A stretch of DNA of 64,000 bases from Haplodiscus bocki (Eukaryota), in NCBI GenBank assembly GCA_965655095.1, contig OZ296651.1, forward strand, positions 28,148,001-28,212,000. Direction: 5' to 3'. Both the position numbers and the translations under genes were made by a program. Below, piece after piece: positions 26,108-38,200 of the stretch. Position 1 is the first letter of the stretch. Every line of letters starts with the position of its first letter. The notes beneath the pieces are model-generated. The model did not search any database, had not been told where the DNA came from, and worked only from the letters and a program-made list of their open reading frames with translations.

Positions 26108-26710
26108 ATGGACTTTTGTGACGTAACAATCAACTTGACTGAGTTTTTTTTGCGAAGTGTGTTCTACTTGAAAGACATGTATTTCCCTCTAAAAATCGAC
26201 AATTGGACCTCTGATTATCGCAGCTTCTCCGAACAAGTGGGTACCGTGGTGATAAAATCGTCTGTCGACTACCCAACCCAGTTCACTTTTCCCAAAAGTG
26301 CTCCATCAAAGAGGACACATAGCGCCACCCATCCATCGATTGAACCAAAAAGGGGCCGAATTTCATCCAATCGGGTAGTTCCTCATAATCCTGTAACTGC
26401 TGCAAGACCTGGGAGTTCATCTGGTATTAAGAAACCTATCCTAGATGTTTCCGACATGTTTGCAGAATGTATCCTCGCTGGTGAGAAGGTTTTTGTGTGT
26501 GGGGTTTGTAACTATAAAAGTAACGTCAAGCATAACATGCGGAAGCATGTGGAGTGCATGCATTCAGATAACCCGCCATGTTTTCGATGCTCGACATGTG
26601 GAACTTCTTTCAGGGAAAAAAATAAACTGAAAGGTCATTATATGAAGACGCATAATTTGGAAGAACCCGTAGCGAAAGCAGCTGCAGCAATGGCCGTGAG
26701 CAATAGATGA
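26108..26710 (+). CDS. C2H2 zinc-finger gene 6 (closest paralogue of gene 5)
   Basis: ATG at 26108 (MDFCDVTINLTEFFL); 3' half nearly identical to gene 5. Confidence 0.88.
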   Translation: MDFCDVTINLTEFFLRSVFYLKDMYFPLKIDNWTSDYRSFSEQVGTVVIKSSVDYPTQFTFPKSAPSKRTHSATHPSIEPKRGRISSNRVVPHNPVTAARPGSSSGIKKPILDVSDMFAECILAGEKVFVCGVCNYKSNVKHNMRKHVECMHSDNPPCFRCSTCGTSFREKNKLKGHYMKTHNLEEPVAKAAAAMAVSNR

Positions 26711-29700
26711 TCTGGATACTTTTGATGTACAAAATTTTTTATCATGAGAGTTAAATTTTCTTTGCTGGTGTAGAGTTGCCTACATTTGTTATAATGATGA
26801 ACATTTAAATGTTATGTTTAGGTTTCTAGAGCGTGTACCCGTCATTTCAAATCCTTTTTTTCTGTGAAAATAATCACTCATATTTCTGCAAAACTATGAA
26901 CAAGATCAGCATAAGCATACAACAAGCCAGGAACAGCCCAGTACCGTGTAACCAATAGGGTTAAAAATATATCAAGGTCACATTATTGGTTTCACCGGGT
27001 CTAAAATTTTAGGACAGTCTTTGGGCACTTAACATACTGCTTGGAGACAGAATAATTCAATTTTTTTTTGGTATATCTCTGATAATTTGATTGATGTTAA
27101 AGGGGGTATCACCACAAAAAGATTTCTATTGTGGTCAAACCCTGTAGTCCTGAAAGTTAGATATAAAATTTGGAAAAATGGTGTTACAACACCTTGAACA
27201 CTTCGATGTCCAGCCCCCTTAAAAATAAATGTTTTGAGTTTCCTGATGCCACAGGACGAATGCCAGATAACCAGATCTGATTTTCACTCAAAATTGCCAA
27301 CAATCCTTCTAAAATCTATTTCCCCTCAGCGCGAAATGTAAAACCATATTTGCAATCAATTATCTAGCGATGGTCGATTTGTGGCAGAAGCATCGATGAC
27401 CTACCGAAGGTCACAATTTTCTAATCTCACTTTTTTTTGCTTTTTTTTCTCCCTCTACGCATTCAAGTGATAAAACCCTTTGTAGTATATTTGGGCTCGT
27501 TTCTTCGAAAAACGCTAACTGAAAATGATGTTAATCAGAAATAAAAAAAACAGTTTAAATGAGAAATGTTAATGTAGGCAAATCTTTGAAAACTATGCAA
27601 AATCGAGTCCAATAAATTTAATTAGAAACGAAACCTTTTTCGAAAATTGATTTGAACTTTGCTGTGAAAACAGTGAAGTATTATTCGATATTTAAAAAAA
27701 TACATCTTGACCTTTTTTGTTGAAAACATCTTTCCGCCAATTATAAAAACGTCAAATTTGTAACTTTGCTTCGTCAGCTCTATTGCTGATCGTGTACATG
27801 TAAATAGTACACGTGGAAGCTTTGCACTGTTGAAAGCAGAATTAAAAGTTTACTTTTGATTTTTCACGATTTTGTGACTTTTGTGTTTATTTGTTTGTTA
27901 CCAACGGAATCTTTATCAATCATTTTGGTAGTTTAAAGTTTCAAAAGCTCTACAAAAATGCCGTAGTAGTAATGGGGGTGTTAGAGCCACTAATGACTCT
28001 TTCGATATAGGGTAGTAGAGTTAGAGCCACTTATTGCTCCTCAATCAAAATATGTTAGCAACTAGTTTAACTTCATGAAAACTTTGAAACCTCATCTACT
28101 TGACTAGTGTGACAAATTTGACAGCTGTTTCATCACACAAATAGGCGTACAAAGGGCATTTTTCGCTCGAATTTGAAGAATGTTTGCAAAAATCAGAAAT
28201 GCAGAACTAACCAGCAGCCTATCCATAACCCAATTGGTGTTCATAATCTCCGGGTATCGTAAACAAACGAAGCACAAAACGCAAAGCAAATAATTAGTAT
28301 TCATTTTTTCTGAAGAGTCAAAAAACCTTCGATGCCCACAGAAAGGACGAACTTGAGGATTAATCAGATCGCAGCTAGCACAGTTCAACAACCAGAACTC
28401 ACAGCTTGCGGATGACAAGCGGTCCCGCCACCCCGGCATTGGCATTGAAAATGTGCTAGCAACCATCAACCGTTCTGGGATAAAACAGCTCCAATGGAAA
28501 GTTCCAAATTCACAAAACCTGTTAATGCAAACTGATGAAATGATGAAATTGCTTTCGTCGGCCATTTTACAGCAAAGTTCCGCAATGACGTGAGTTGAGA
28601 GGAGATCCCTCGCAATTCCATGACCTTGTTTATTCATCTACTGAAGAAGGCGATCTTGAAGAGGGTGAAGAGACACCTCTCAAGATTGTGAAGTATGCCA
28701 ATCAGTTTCAACAACCAAAACTGCCGAAAAGCTTTTGTATTTTCCTAAAAAACCTGCTTGGTAACACGCAATAAGAATACGGCATACGACACTACAACCC
28801 AGGAAATTATGTTGAAACGGTAGATATTTGATCATAAAATAACAGAGTTCACAACCACATTTCCCTTAAACTGGAATCTTTCGTCAGACCGGAGAAGATT
28901 ATCAAGAAAGCATTGCTAAGAATTTGACGCGAGCAAAATTCCTTCCCAAAATACGAAGCAGCTACGTCAAATTGTTCAAAATATCGTCCGTAGAAAACTG
29001 TATACGGTGAGAGGCCAACTGTGGTAGCAACCGACTTTCCATACACGGCGAGAAACTGCGGTCGATGTTGCAAGCAAAATCAGCCAAAGAAATAGAAAGC
29101 ACCTTCGAAAATGTGGGAACTCCAGCGCACTTGCCAGACAGTTTGACGGGAACGAAGCAGCTGAAAAGCTGTCTTAATCGTGCAAAAGACTGGCAGAGCT
29201 ACTGAAATCAAAGGCCGTTTTCAAAGATTGTGTGATTGATTCCAATAATTTCCTTGATTGCGGTTTTGGAAACATCAACGTTTCACATCATAACGATGAT
29301 CCTGCTGTAGACCTCGGCTATTCTATTGCTCAATTCCAGTGTTTCGCTTGCACTGATTGTTTGGATACTGTATTTTACAAAAGCGATAAAAATGTTAAAT
29401 TTGACCCTAACGTATACTATTTCACAGATGAGAACGCTCAATTTGTGTGGAAGATTCATTATTAATTAATGCGTTCATCAAAACAGTCGCTTTTTAAAAA
29501 ATTTAAATTATGCGGGACTTCGTTGAAGCACTGCAATAAAAAAAGGTTTTCTATGTGGTGAGTTATCTTTTCGCCAGAAATGCGAAGAGAAAAGAAAACG
29601 CCTTTCTCTCAGTGTGCTGCTGTCTAGAACATAACATAAACCTCCAACATATAGATGAACTCCTTCTGTATGGTCAAATAATCGCTAGCGGAAAGAGTTG

Positions 29701-30213
29701 CATTTACAAATCAATTGTTTCAAACTTTTCTGTTTGGATGCAATCTTCCATGGCGCATTTAGTTTCATGAGAAGTAACTATAGAATAGTTCCAGGTTACG
29801 TTTACGCTCTTACGGAAAAACCACTTGTTCTGGACAATATGCTCCTCGTACCTTTATCTGGTTTAAACTATTGGCTTTATCCGAAGTTGTTCCACAGGAA
29901 GTTGCATGAGCGATTTGGGTTTTGATCATTTTATGATTTACCAAGCTCGATGCAGTTGCGTTAGAGTAACCTGCGTTGACCATTTCAAACCTATTTCCGA
30001 AAAAAAATTCTAAAGGTTTGGCTTTCGACCCAGTGTCCAAAACTTTTGATCCGAGCACAATAATTCTTTTTAACATTCAACTAACAATGAAAGAGCTAGC
30101 AAGAGTGGACCAGTCAATTCGAATGATTTTCATTTTATACATTTTCGAGAGTCATTTGTCGCAATGAAGGAGGAGGACACCACGAGCCTATCAATTGCCC
30201 TGACAAATGAATC

Positions 30214-30941
30214 AACCAGACGGCCAGCTAGCACCGGCATATGTTTCGCCCGAACACAAATTTTTTGATCAACATTTGCAAACAGTTAAAAGCGAGACTA
30301 CTGTTTAAAGTCTAGTTTTCGAAGGTTTTCTACAAACATCAATTCCACCAATGAATTCTATATTTTATGAGAAAGAGCTTTCATGTATCAAGTGGGATAT
30401 CACTTTGCGTCTCATAGGGTTTGTCTCGCAGGATCGAAAACCTAGCTAACGGGTCCCTTCTGTTTCACAAAATTTCTGGTATCGAAAAATTATATGGATA
30501 AGTGGGGGGAGGGGGGACGGAGGGAAGGAGTATCACGACTCTCCGTCGAATTTTTTTTGTCTCACAGTGCCGAATAATTTCGTGGAGGAACCCCTCTGTG
30601 CTATGTTTCATTAATTTCGGGTATCGAAAAAGTTGATGGATAAGAGGGAGGGGAGAGTCAATATTTACCGTCGAAAAGTTTTTTTCTCACAGTGCCGAAA
30701 ATTTTCGTAGGGGAACACTTTAGTGTTTCACTATTTTCGGTTATCGAAAATTGTTAGGGATAAATCGTGCAAATGTTTGGCATGGCAGTGACTCGAACCC
30801 TGAACCTACTGCTTGAAAACCATGTTTTCCTAACTCTACTGACATTTTTTTGTTTAAAAATTCGGCAATTTCGCTCTGAAAAAAAACGACCCTACTGAAT
30901 GAATAAGCTTTCTTGCATAATACATGTGCGCTGAAAAATAA
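30214..30941 (-). mobile_element. Helentron/DINE-1-like repeat inserted in the old Polinton
   Basis: Same end (AGACGGCCAGCTAGCACCGGCATAT), internal tctcacagtgccgaa repeats and tRNA-like GACTCGAACC segment as the other copies. Confidence 0.6.
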
Positions 30942-31214
30942 CGATCGAACCTGTTTTCGCGGACAAGGTTGATCATATTAATGTAAACGGTTTCATTTTG
31001 CACAGAGACGAAGGAAAGAACAGAAAACGGTTGCTGTTCTGAAACAATTCATTGTGACCGCTCTTTTTCAGTTCTCCTTTCTCAATTTTTCTTTTTTTGC
31101 GCGATTGTCTTCTTTTCCGGTGGTTACCTGGCTTTTGCCGAGAGTATTTCATTGCTAGCAGGGATAACAGCAATCTTGTCAACCTGCATCAGTTATTGGG
31201 TACCAAAACCCAAT

Positions 31215-31910
31215 ACATGAACGAACGCCTTCGGACCAACCCACAATGCTTCATCTCCATTGTGGGGCCTGTGGAAGTGGTAAAACCCAAACAGTAACAA
31301 ATATGTTAAGGAATCAAAGCATAGTCTTCAGTCCATCATTTGAAAAGTTTGTCTGCCTTCACAGTTATTAGCAAAAAACTTTGAAACCCTTCTATTTAGC
31401 TCTATAGGTGAAAAACAAGCCATCGAATTCCATTTTGGCCTCAATTTTTCAGCAGTAGACAAGAAGGCAGCTAGAAACTTGCGACCGTTAGTGGTAATTG
31501 ACGAGTTGCATCACCAAACTTGGAAAACCGACGATTTCTCAACTTATTCATTGCCGAAAGACATCACAATAATCATTTGGTGGCGTTGAAGCACAATCTC
31601 TGCCAAAATTGAAAACATTCAAAGACAATTGAACTGAACGTTATTGGAATGATATTCTTCAAAAGCCCACGCGAGTTGGAGCAGATTGGCATTCTCGGCC
31701 AAGATGGGAGATCGGCAACTACTTCACAGTGCAAAAAAAGCAAACCAGGAGCTGTTTGGCCATTTGATGATTGATTTTGATTCTCAGACGTATGCCAAAT
31801 TGATCTTTTGCTCTAATTGCCCCAGATCTGGATCGGCAGTAGTCTTTGTGGTTTTGTGCAATACTAAAGAATGCTTGAGAGATGCGTCAACAGAAGCTGT
31901 TTATGTATAA
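31215..31910 (+). pseudogene. Polinton packaging ATPase relic
   Basis: FISIVGP + frameshifted G-S-G-K-T Walker A, VVIDE Walker B, RHHN, FGHLMIDFD. Confidence 0.7.
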
Positions 31911-32954
31911 ATCTTTTGTCGAAACGAAACCGATTCTGATAAGTTTTTGCATTTTACTACGTCAAGAGGGAAATCTGAAGTTTTTCTGCAACTGTCTTTT
32001 CAACATTGTCCATGGCCGAAAAGCAATGATTGGGAGTGCGTCAAGAAAAAAAAGTTGGAAAGGCAGAAAAAATTGATTGAGAACTTATGCATTAGAAACG
32101 TTGGAATTAAGCAAAAAAAAACAGATCTTGTCGGCAACCAGTCGATTGAAACTGCTTAACTTGATAGAACTTTCAGTCTCCAATCATATCAAGAAGCGCC
32201 ACGGTATCTAACAGCAGGACAAAAGGATTCATACTTATCACACTCGATGAGTAGTCGTCACTCGTCATCAAATTTTCGATTGAAAAACATACTTCCAAAA
32301 GTCCAAACCTTCAAGAAACCACCGTGTATGAAACAGGTGGGCAAACCACTGCAATTACTGCGGAAGATATTCCAACGGTGACAGAATGTGAACAAAGGAA
32401 CTTACATAACAAGTTCTGCAACAAAACTACCGTCAGCACCAGTGGGACAGTTGTCAAGCACGCTGACGACGCAGCAAAGGCAGTGAAATCGGAAAATGTT
32501 CCTCTAGACCTATTATTTTGCGGGTTGAGTGGATGCAAAAAAGATCGAGCTCGGCAAATTTTGCGGAAAGTGAACACAAGTGAACATTTCCAATCAACAA
32601 TAAATCCGGACAAATATACCTACTTGATCGCGATACGGGAATAGCGGTTGTCGATTTTTTGTGCGATATACGAACGCCTACTAAAAAAATCAACGAGAAT
32701 GATCTGGATTTCGTTAGACGTTTGCGTCTACCAGTTCACCTGCTTGATAACACATTTGATAAATTTAGCATCGGTAATGATCGATAATGCAAATGGAGAC
32801 AAGATAAACCCGTTTGAACCAGCCCAGGAAAGCCATGAGTGCAGCAAATGGCTGCGTCTGTACTGAACAAAGCATCTTTCACTCGTCTCAAAAACGCTAC
32901 GCGAGTCGTCAACTGTGAGGGATATGGCTGAACTACGGAAGGCACCAGCAAAAA

Positions 32955-33135
32955 TGTTGAATACGCCTGTGGTGACTGCCAAAAAGCAAATGGCAAAAAC
33001 TCACAGAAGCATTCCTCCATTTGGCCATTTGGTGCAACGTCTGCGGTTGGGTTCATTACGAATGTAGTGGCCTGGCAACTGTTTCCGAAAACGAAAAAAA
33101 TTGTGACCATTTTTTGTGCTCGAAGAGTACGAGAA
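32955..33135 (+). pseudogene. PHD-finger relic inside the old Polinton
   Basis: CGDC ...(frameshift)... WCNVCGWVHYEC ... FLCSK fits the C4-H-C3 spacing. Confidence 0.55.
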
Positions 33136-33199
33136 CGCCTCGTTCGGAACCAGCGAATCAAAAATTAGTCAGTTACAGTGAGCTCTTAAACTTGTCAAC

Positions 33200-34070
33200 G
33201 TCTTCTTAAAATCCTGCATCTTTCGGAGGCTGAAAATCACAAAAACTACACTCATAAAGTACCTGCAACGAAGTCGATAATTTTCTAAGAAAAGGTGAGA
33301 TCTACACAAATTTCCAACGAATCAAAGTTCAAAGTTACAGACTCATGAAATCTAGTCGACTGACTTAGCTTTGGTTGACATGCAGCAACTACTTTCTGAT
33401 TACAGCCGAAATATAACGTTACTTTTTGTTGCTGTCGAAACACTTAGTCGCTCCTGGTTTACTCCACTCCAACGAAATGAAGCAGCTGCATTTCATCAAT
33501 CAAGCCTTAAAAGACGTTTTTGAGGGCGTTAGAAGTCCCGAGAAAGATTATCAACCTAAGTATTGACGGGCCATTAAAGCTGTATCGCTCTAACTGCAAA
33601 AGATTCGCGTTGAAAAGAGACGCGAATTTGCAAGAGAGTTGTAGCTTTTTCCAACAGTTGGGTATTCATCTTCATTCGACTTGCAGCGATGCAACTTCGG
33701 CGTTTGCCGAAGGAAACCATCGATCGATCGCAGCTTTATTTTTCGATTATATCGGCAAAAATAGCTTTGAAGTGTACTTTGGCAAAATTCAGGCAGTCAT
33801 TAGTGTTGAAATTCCAGAGTTAACCACGTGGCAAAACTGCCGCCGATCTGGGTCAAAAAATCCCACGAAGTTTTCCCAATTTTTCCATAAAAACTCTATT
33901 CCCATCAGCAAAGCAAAACTCAAAATTGGACGACATGTTCGAATTTGCCGCAAAACAGATCTTTTTCATCGTGGATATCGCAAAAAAGTCACTGATGAGG
34001 TGTACGGAATTGAAGCAGTTGAAACATTGAATCGAACTCCACTTTTTCATTGAGAGACTCCAACGACCCA
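33200..34070 (+). pseudogene. Polinton rve integrase relic
   Basis: DLALVDMQ..LFVAVETLSR, SAFAE, LKIGRHVRI..K..LFHRGY....TDEVY.I motifs. Confidence 0.75.
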
Positions 34071-34149
34071 CTTATGTTCTATGGAAGCGTTCTGTTGCGT
34101 TTTGAAAAAGAGGAAGACGATCAGAATAGTGAAAGATTATGAAATAGTT

Positions 34150-34440
34150 ACAATAATTCATCAAAATGACAGCTTCATCATCAACATAGACTCAAACGCG
34201 TCGATGTCAAATTCGGATTATTCTTTAGCCATGTTTATAACTCTTCCATCAAAACGGCTTTTCTTCCACAGTACTTCGAAGTGTGCCATAGTAGAACTAT
34301 CATGGTCAAACTTGATTGAAAACGCGACAGAAGTTCCATTCAATAATCAACTACCTGCACTTCATAACTTGATAACCTCTTGTGACTTGGTTTCAAAACG
34401 AGTTAATAGGAGACACAAACGGGACTGTGTCTCGCAGTAG
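34150..34440 (+). pseudogene. Polinton minor capsid (penton) N-terminal relic
   Basis: DSFIINIDSNASM...F.TLP......CAIVELSW..LIEN matches the Maverick penton N-terminus pattern. Confidence 0.55.
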
Positions 34441-35199
34441 CAACACGAGTCGTCAAACATTCAACAAAATTCAGTGGCGTCGTAGAAGAAAGCCTCCAGT
34501 TGTTCACTTAATGTTGATGACAATCTAATAGCAATCTAAATAAAGCTTGGCTGCTGACGTGGAGAATGTGAAGTTGTTGGCGGAGCTGCTCGTTGAAGTA
34601 TCGTCCTCTCTTGTGTCAGTGAAATCATTGGTCGAGTCACAGGCTTTCTCACTTTCATCCTCACAATGACTGATTATCGAGGAAGCGCAAGAACCTAAGA
34701 AGCACAAAGAACAGTAATTTTGTTCTCGGAAAAAAGCATTATCCACTGGAACAAATATCAGTAACCTTGTTCGTCTGATTTTTTGCCAATTTTGCAGTTT
34801 TCATAGGCGAGCGTTTTGACACCCTCGTTGAGTTATTCTCGTTTTTCATCATAACTGCTCATTGCAACTTTATGCAAACGATCGATGACAGTATGATGAT
34901 TTTCTGATGTCAATTGGGTCACAGGCCGTTTGACTCCTTCTTTCTCAAACAAACACTCCTTGTAGAAGTCGAGCATTATCTTGAGAGTTTTTTGCACTCT
35001 CTTTTCACTCTGTTTGACGCCCCTTTCGAATTGAATACTATGTATGTTAGACCTCAAACAAAAAAATTCACTCTGAAGCTGTCCCTGTATTTCATTAGTC
35101 ACGGTAACTGGTAATTTTTTGTTGGTTTTGTCGTTCAAAAAATGCTCTTCCGTGTATCTTGACAAGACTAGAAGATGTTTGAAGGTCGCCAATTTCGAT

Positions 35200-38100
35200 T
35201 AAAGCTCTTCAGTTTCGATTCTTTGAAAAACTGAGTCGCTGAGCGTGTAGCAAACTTTTATCTTCTCGCCAAAGCGCCGTCTGATTTTGTCATAAGGAAA
35301 ATTATGTTACTAAGTTTGCAAAAAATTGAGTCTCGAAGCTCCTACGGCGGTGGGTTTTACCCAAACAATCTTACTTGGAGGAAAGAAAACAGAGACTAAG
35401 CCATCATGAAAAATTTGGCGAGTTCTGAATTTGGGCTTTATCAAACACTCGTGGTCCTGCTACTCGGTATTAACAAAATTGATTGGTCATCGATTGCGCA
35501 TAATCTCCATATTTGTTCCAAAACAAGCGTTGCTCATCAATTTATACAAAAACTATCGCAAGGTCATTTGATGCTGGTTTTCTCATCCCTGTGTTTTTCG
35601 AACAGTAATCGCCCAACCATACGCTTTGTCAAAACTGTAAAACTCGATGAAGCTTCTCAACGTTGACCGTATGTAGCACATAAAAATTAATCATACGGTA
35701 GTGACTGACGTAGCGACTTTCATCCCAAAACGTTTCAACTAAATTGTCTCCTCCATCATTCGGTAAATTAACAATGAAAAGTTTGGCGTTGGGAGACAAC
35801 CATGATTCCCCAATCACTAGTTTTGCGAGCGCCAAAGTTGAGTCACCGTGAGAATTATGTAAAAAAGAGGAATGTATGATATCGACATCGAAAATTTATC
35901 CAATCACTGCATCATCGCCAGTAGAGAGGACATCATCCTAAGCAACTGTGTCATTCCATTCATTGTTGTCCATGGGCAGAGGCTGCTGCATAGTGCCAGC
36001 AAACAAAAATGTTACATCGAAAAATGCACTATAAACACTTGTTCTTGAACCATCAAAGTTGTCCAACTACCTTTTGTTCCCCCGAAAGTGGCGCAGCTCA
36101 CCAATTCCGTTAATAACTCCCCAAATAACTTTTTCGAAAAACGGAATCATTGATATGTCAGTAAATCCAAACAAATCAACGCCAATTTTAATCAACTTTG
36201 CTTCCTAGCTCCGTTTTTGGGCTGGGAAGAAGTGAGCAGGGTCTAGTTGATACACTTTCCCGCATACTCGCGGAAAGTTTTTGAAAACATACGCTAGTAT
36301 CAAAACATCTGATCGTAAGTACATATCTCGATAGTCACCCAGACTGCGACAGCCGATAAATTTGTAAAATTCTAAGGCTTGACGGAGTTCAGCATCAGAC
36401 ATATCGATTGTGCCTGTTAACGTTCTTTTTCAATCCTTGCCATAATTGATATGAGATGATTGAACTTTTGAAAAGAGTCCAGGAATGAAAATTGGAGGAA
36501 TGTTTTGCGAGTAAGCAGCTTCCTGTCCACATTCTGGTGTTTTGTGAAGAAAAAATTGTCAAATGGATTAAGTCATACGATTTTAGGGCTTTTGCCGAAG
36601 ATTCTAAACCTTGCGACATGAACTGGAAGCTATCGAAAATTTTAAGCTTGTTTCTAACTTGTACATATTTAATTTTTCTGTGACTTAAGATCCAACAGGA
36701 ACAGACATCTTAAAAAAATTGTAGACCTCCGCTGTTTGCGATATTGCAGCCACATTATCACAAGGAGAGAAGTTTCAAAGTTTTGATTACTTGATGTGGA
36801 TCGTAATGTGAAAGTTTGTGATAAAAAAATTGAAAGTTGCTGGATTAAGGCTTCAAAATGCAGAAAGAGTGGGCCACACCCTAAGTTTCACCAGCTGAAA
36901 GACAGTGATGGATAACCCGCTGTGAAAGACATATTTCAGCCCACAAATGCAACAGATGACTGTAAGCGTGGATAATTACTTTGGACGTTCTGCCTGAGAC
37001 ATTTGAAGCCTGCTGAAGGTCTGTTTTTGTCCATGAACCCAACCTAACCAAGAGCGAAGAATTTCTTAAGTTGCGGAATGAAGTAAGTACTCGATAAAAC
37101 TCCCACTGTTCAATCAAATTTGCTGAAACAGAAAAAATTGCTAGTTTCTTTTGGAAAAAAGATGAAAAACATGAAATTTGTAGGCAGAAACAGTTCAAAG
37201 CGGAATTGAAAACGTAGGAATCAGTAAGATCTCAGTAAAACTAACAATTTGAGTGAACCAGGATAGCTCCGAAGCTGGCGGCGCTTTGGCGTTCATTGTC
37301 AATGGTGGTTGAATTGTTGTTTCCACCCTCATCATCAAACACCACATCGGTAGCTTCTAAATCTGCATATGCAACAAACGGATTAGGTTGCGTTTTTTTG
37401 CCGATTTTCGAATACGAATCTCTTCTTACTCTCCGGCTTTTTTATCTTAGGAGGTTTGTGGTGTTCACAAAATTGGATGTGCTGGTGAAAGTTTTGTTTC
37501 ACAATTAGTAGCACGCAGTAACCGCAAAAATCTACCTTTTGGACCATTCAGTCTTTTTCGCGGAGAGCCAAATGATGCGCGAGAAGTTCTTCATTAAGCA
37601 ATATTGAATCTTTTGCTTAACGACCAGCAGCAGAAGTTCCTGTTCTCGTCGAGACTTTCGACTTTTTGTATGAAAAACGTTCAAAAACCTACCTTGCTCG
37701 TAGCGATAAAGAAACTTAGGAACAGGATATAGTTTTTCATAAGTTGGTGTTTTGGTCAAACTAATTGGAAAATCAGATATCTGATATGCAAGCTGAACCA
37801 TGGAAGGAAAGTGGGAAGACGGTCTCTCAGCATGCTTTTTTTTGCGGGAACAAACCAGCAAATACAGCGTAGAGGAAGCCAATATCATCTTTGTCTTTGA
37901 TGTTAAGCAAACTTCAGTAGACTTTTTTTTTCAATTGGGATCTCAGTAAAAGATGATGCAGTTCCTTTGAAGGAACCGGCCATCCTGATCTCGAAAATTT
38001 TCAGAATTTCGATAAGCCAACGGGATCCCCCAAACATGAATCATTCACTTGAGAGGCCAAGCTACCAATCTTGTAGGTATACTCGTCTGCTGATGGGATA

Positions 38101-38200
38101 CACACTCTAATGATAAACGAAAAAATTGTAACAAAATGGTCCTACAATGGTTTGCAAAGTTTTACATGTAAAGTTATCCCCATTCTCTCTGATCCGTATG
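35200..38200 (-). pseudogene. Protein-primed DNA polymerase B (with EndoVII-like insert) relic
   Basis: In order on the minus strand: PFVAYADLEA; VIHHC..GE..GVAH.FC; HYD; DSFQFM; CRSLGDYRDMYLRSDVLILA.VF.NF..V....YQLDPAHFF; KLMSNACFG; KPTAVG. Confidence 0.85.

Noticed and set aside
1252-26710. ZF ORFs as alternative 3' coding exons of one lola/mod(mdg4)-like gene
   Set aside because: Acceptor phases are inconsistent, gene 4 has an in-frame TGA after its first acceptor, and five of six have their own Met at the homologous position.
28104-29073. Possible Ulp1-like protease relic in the old Polinton (PFQHNFLGC on the minus strand)
   Set aside because: Single degenerate motif; catalytic His/Asp not identifiable.
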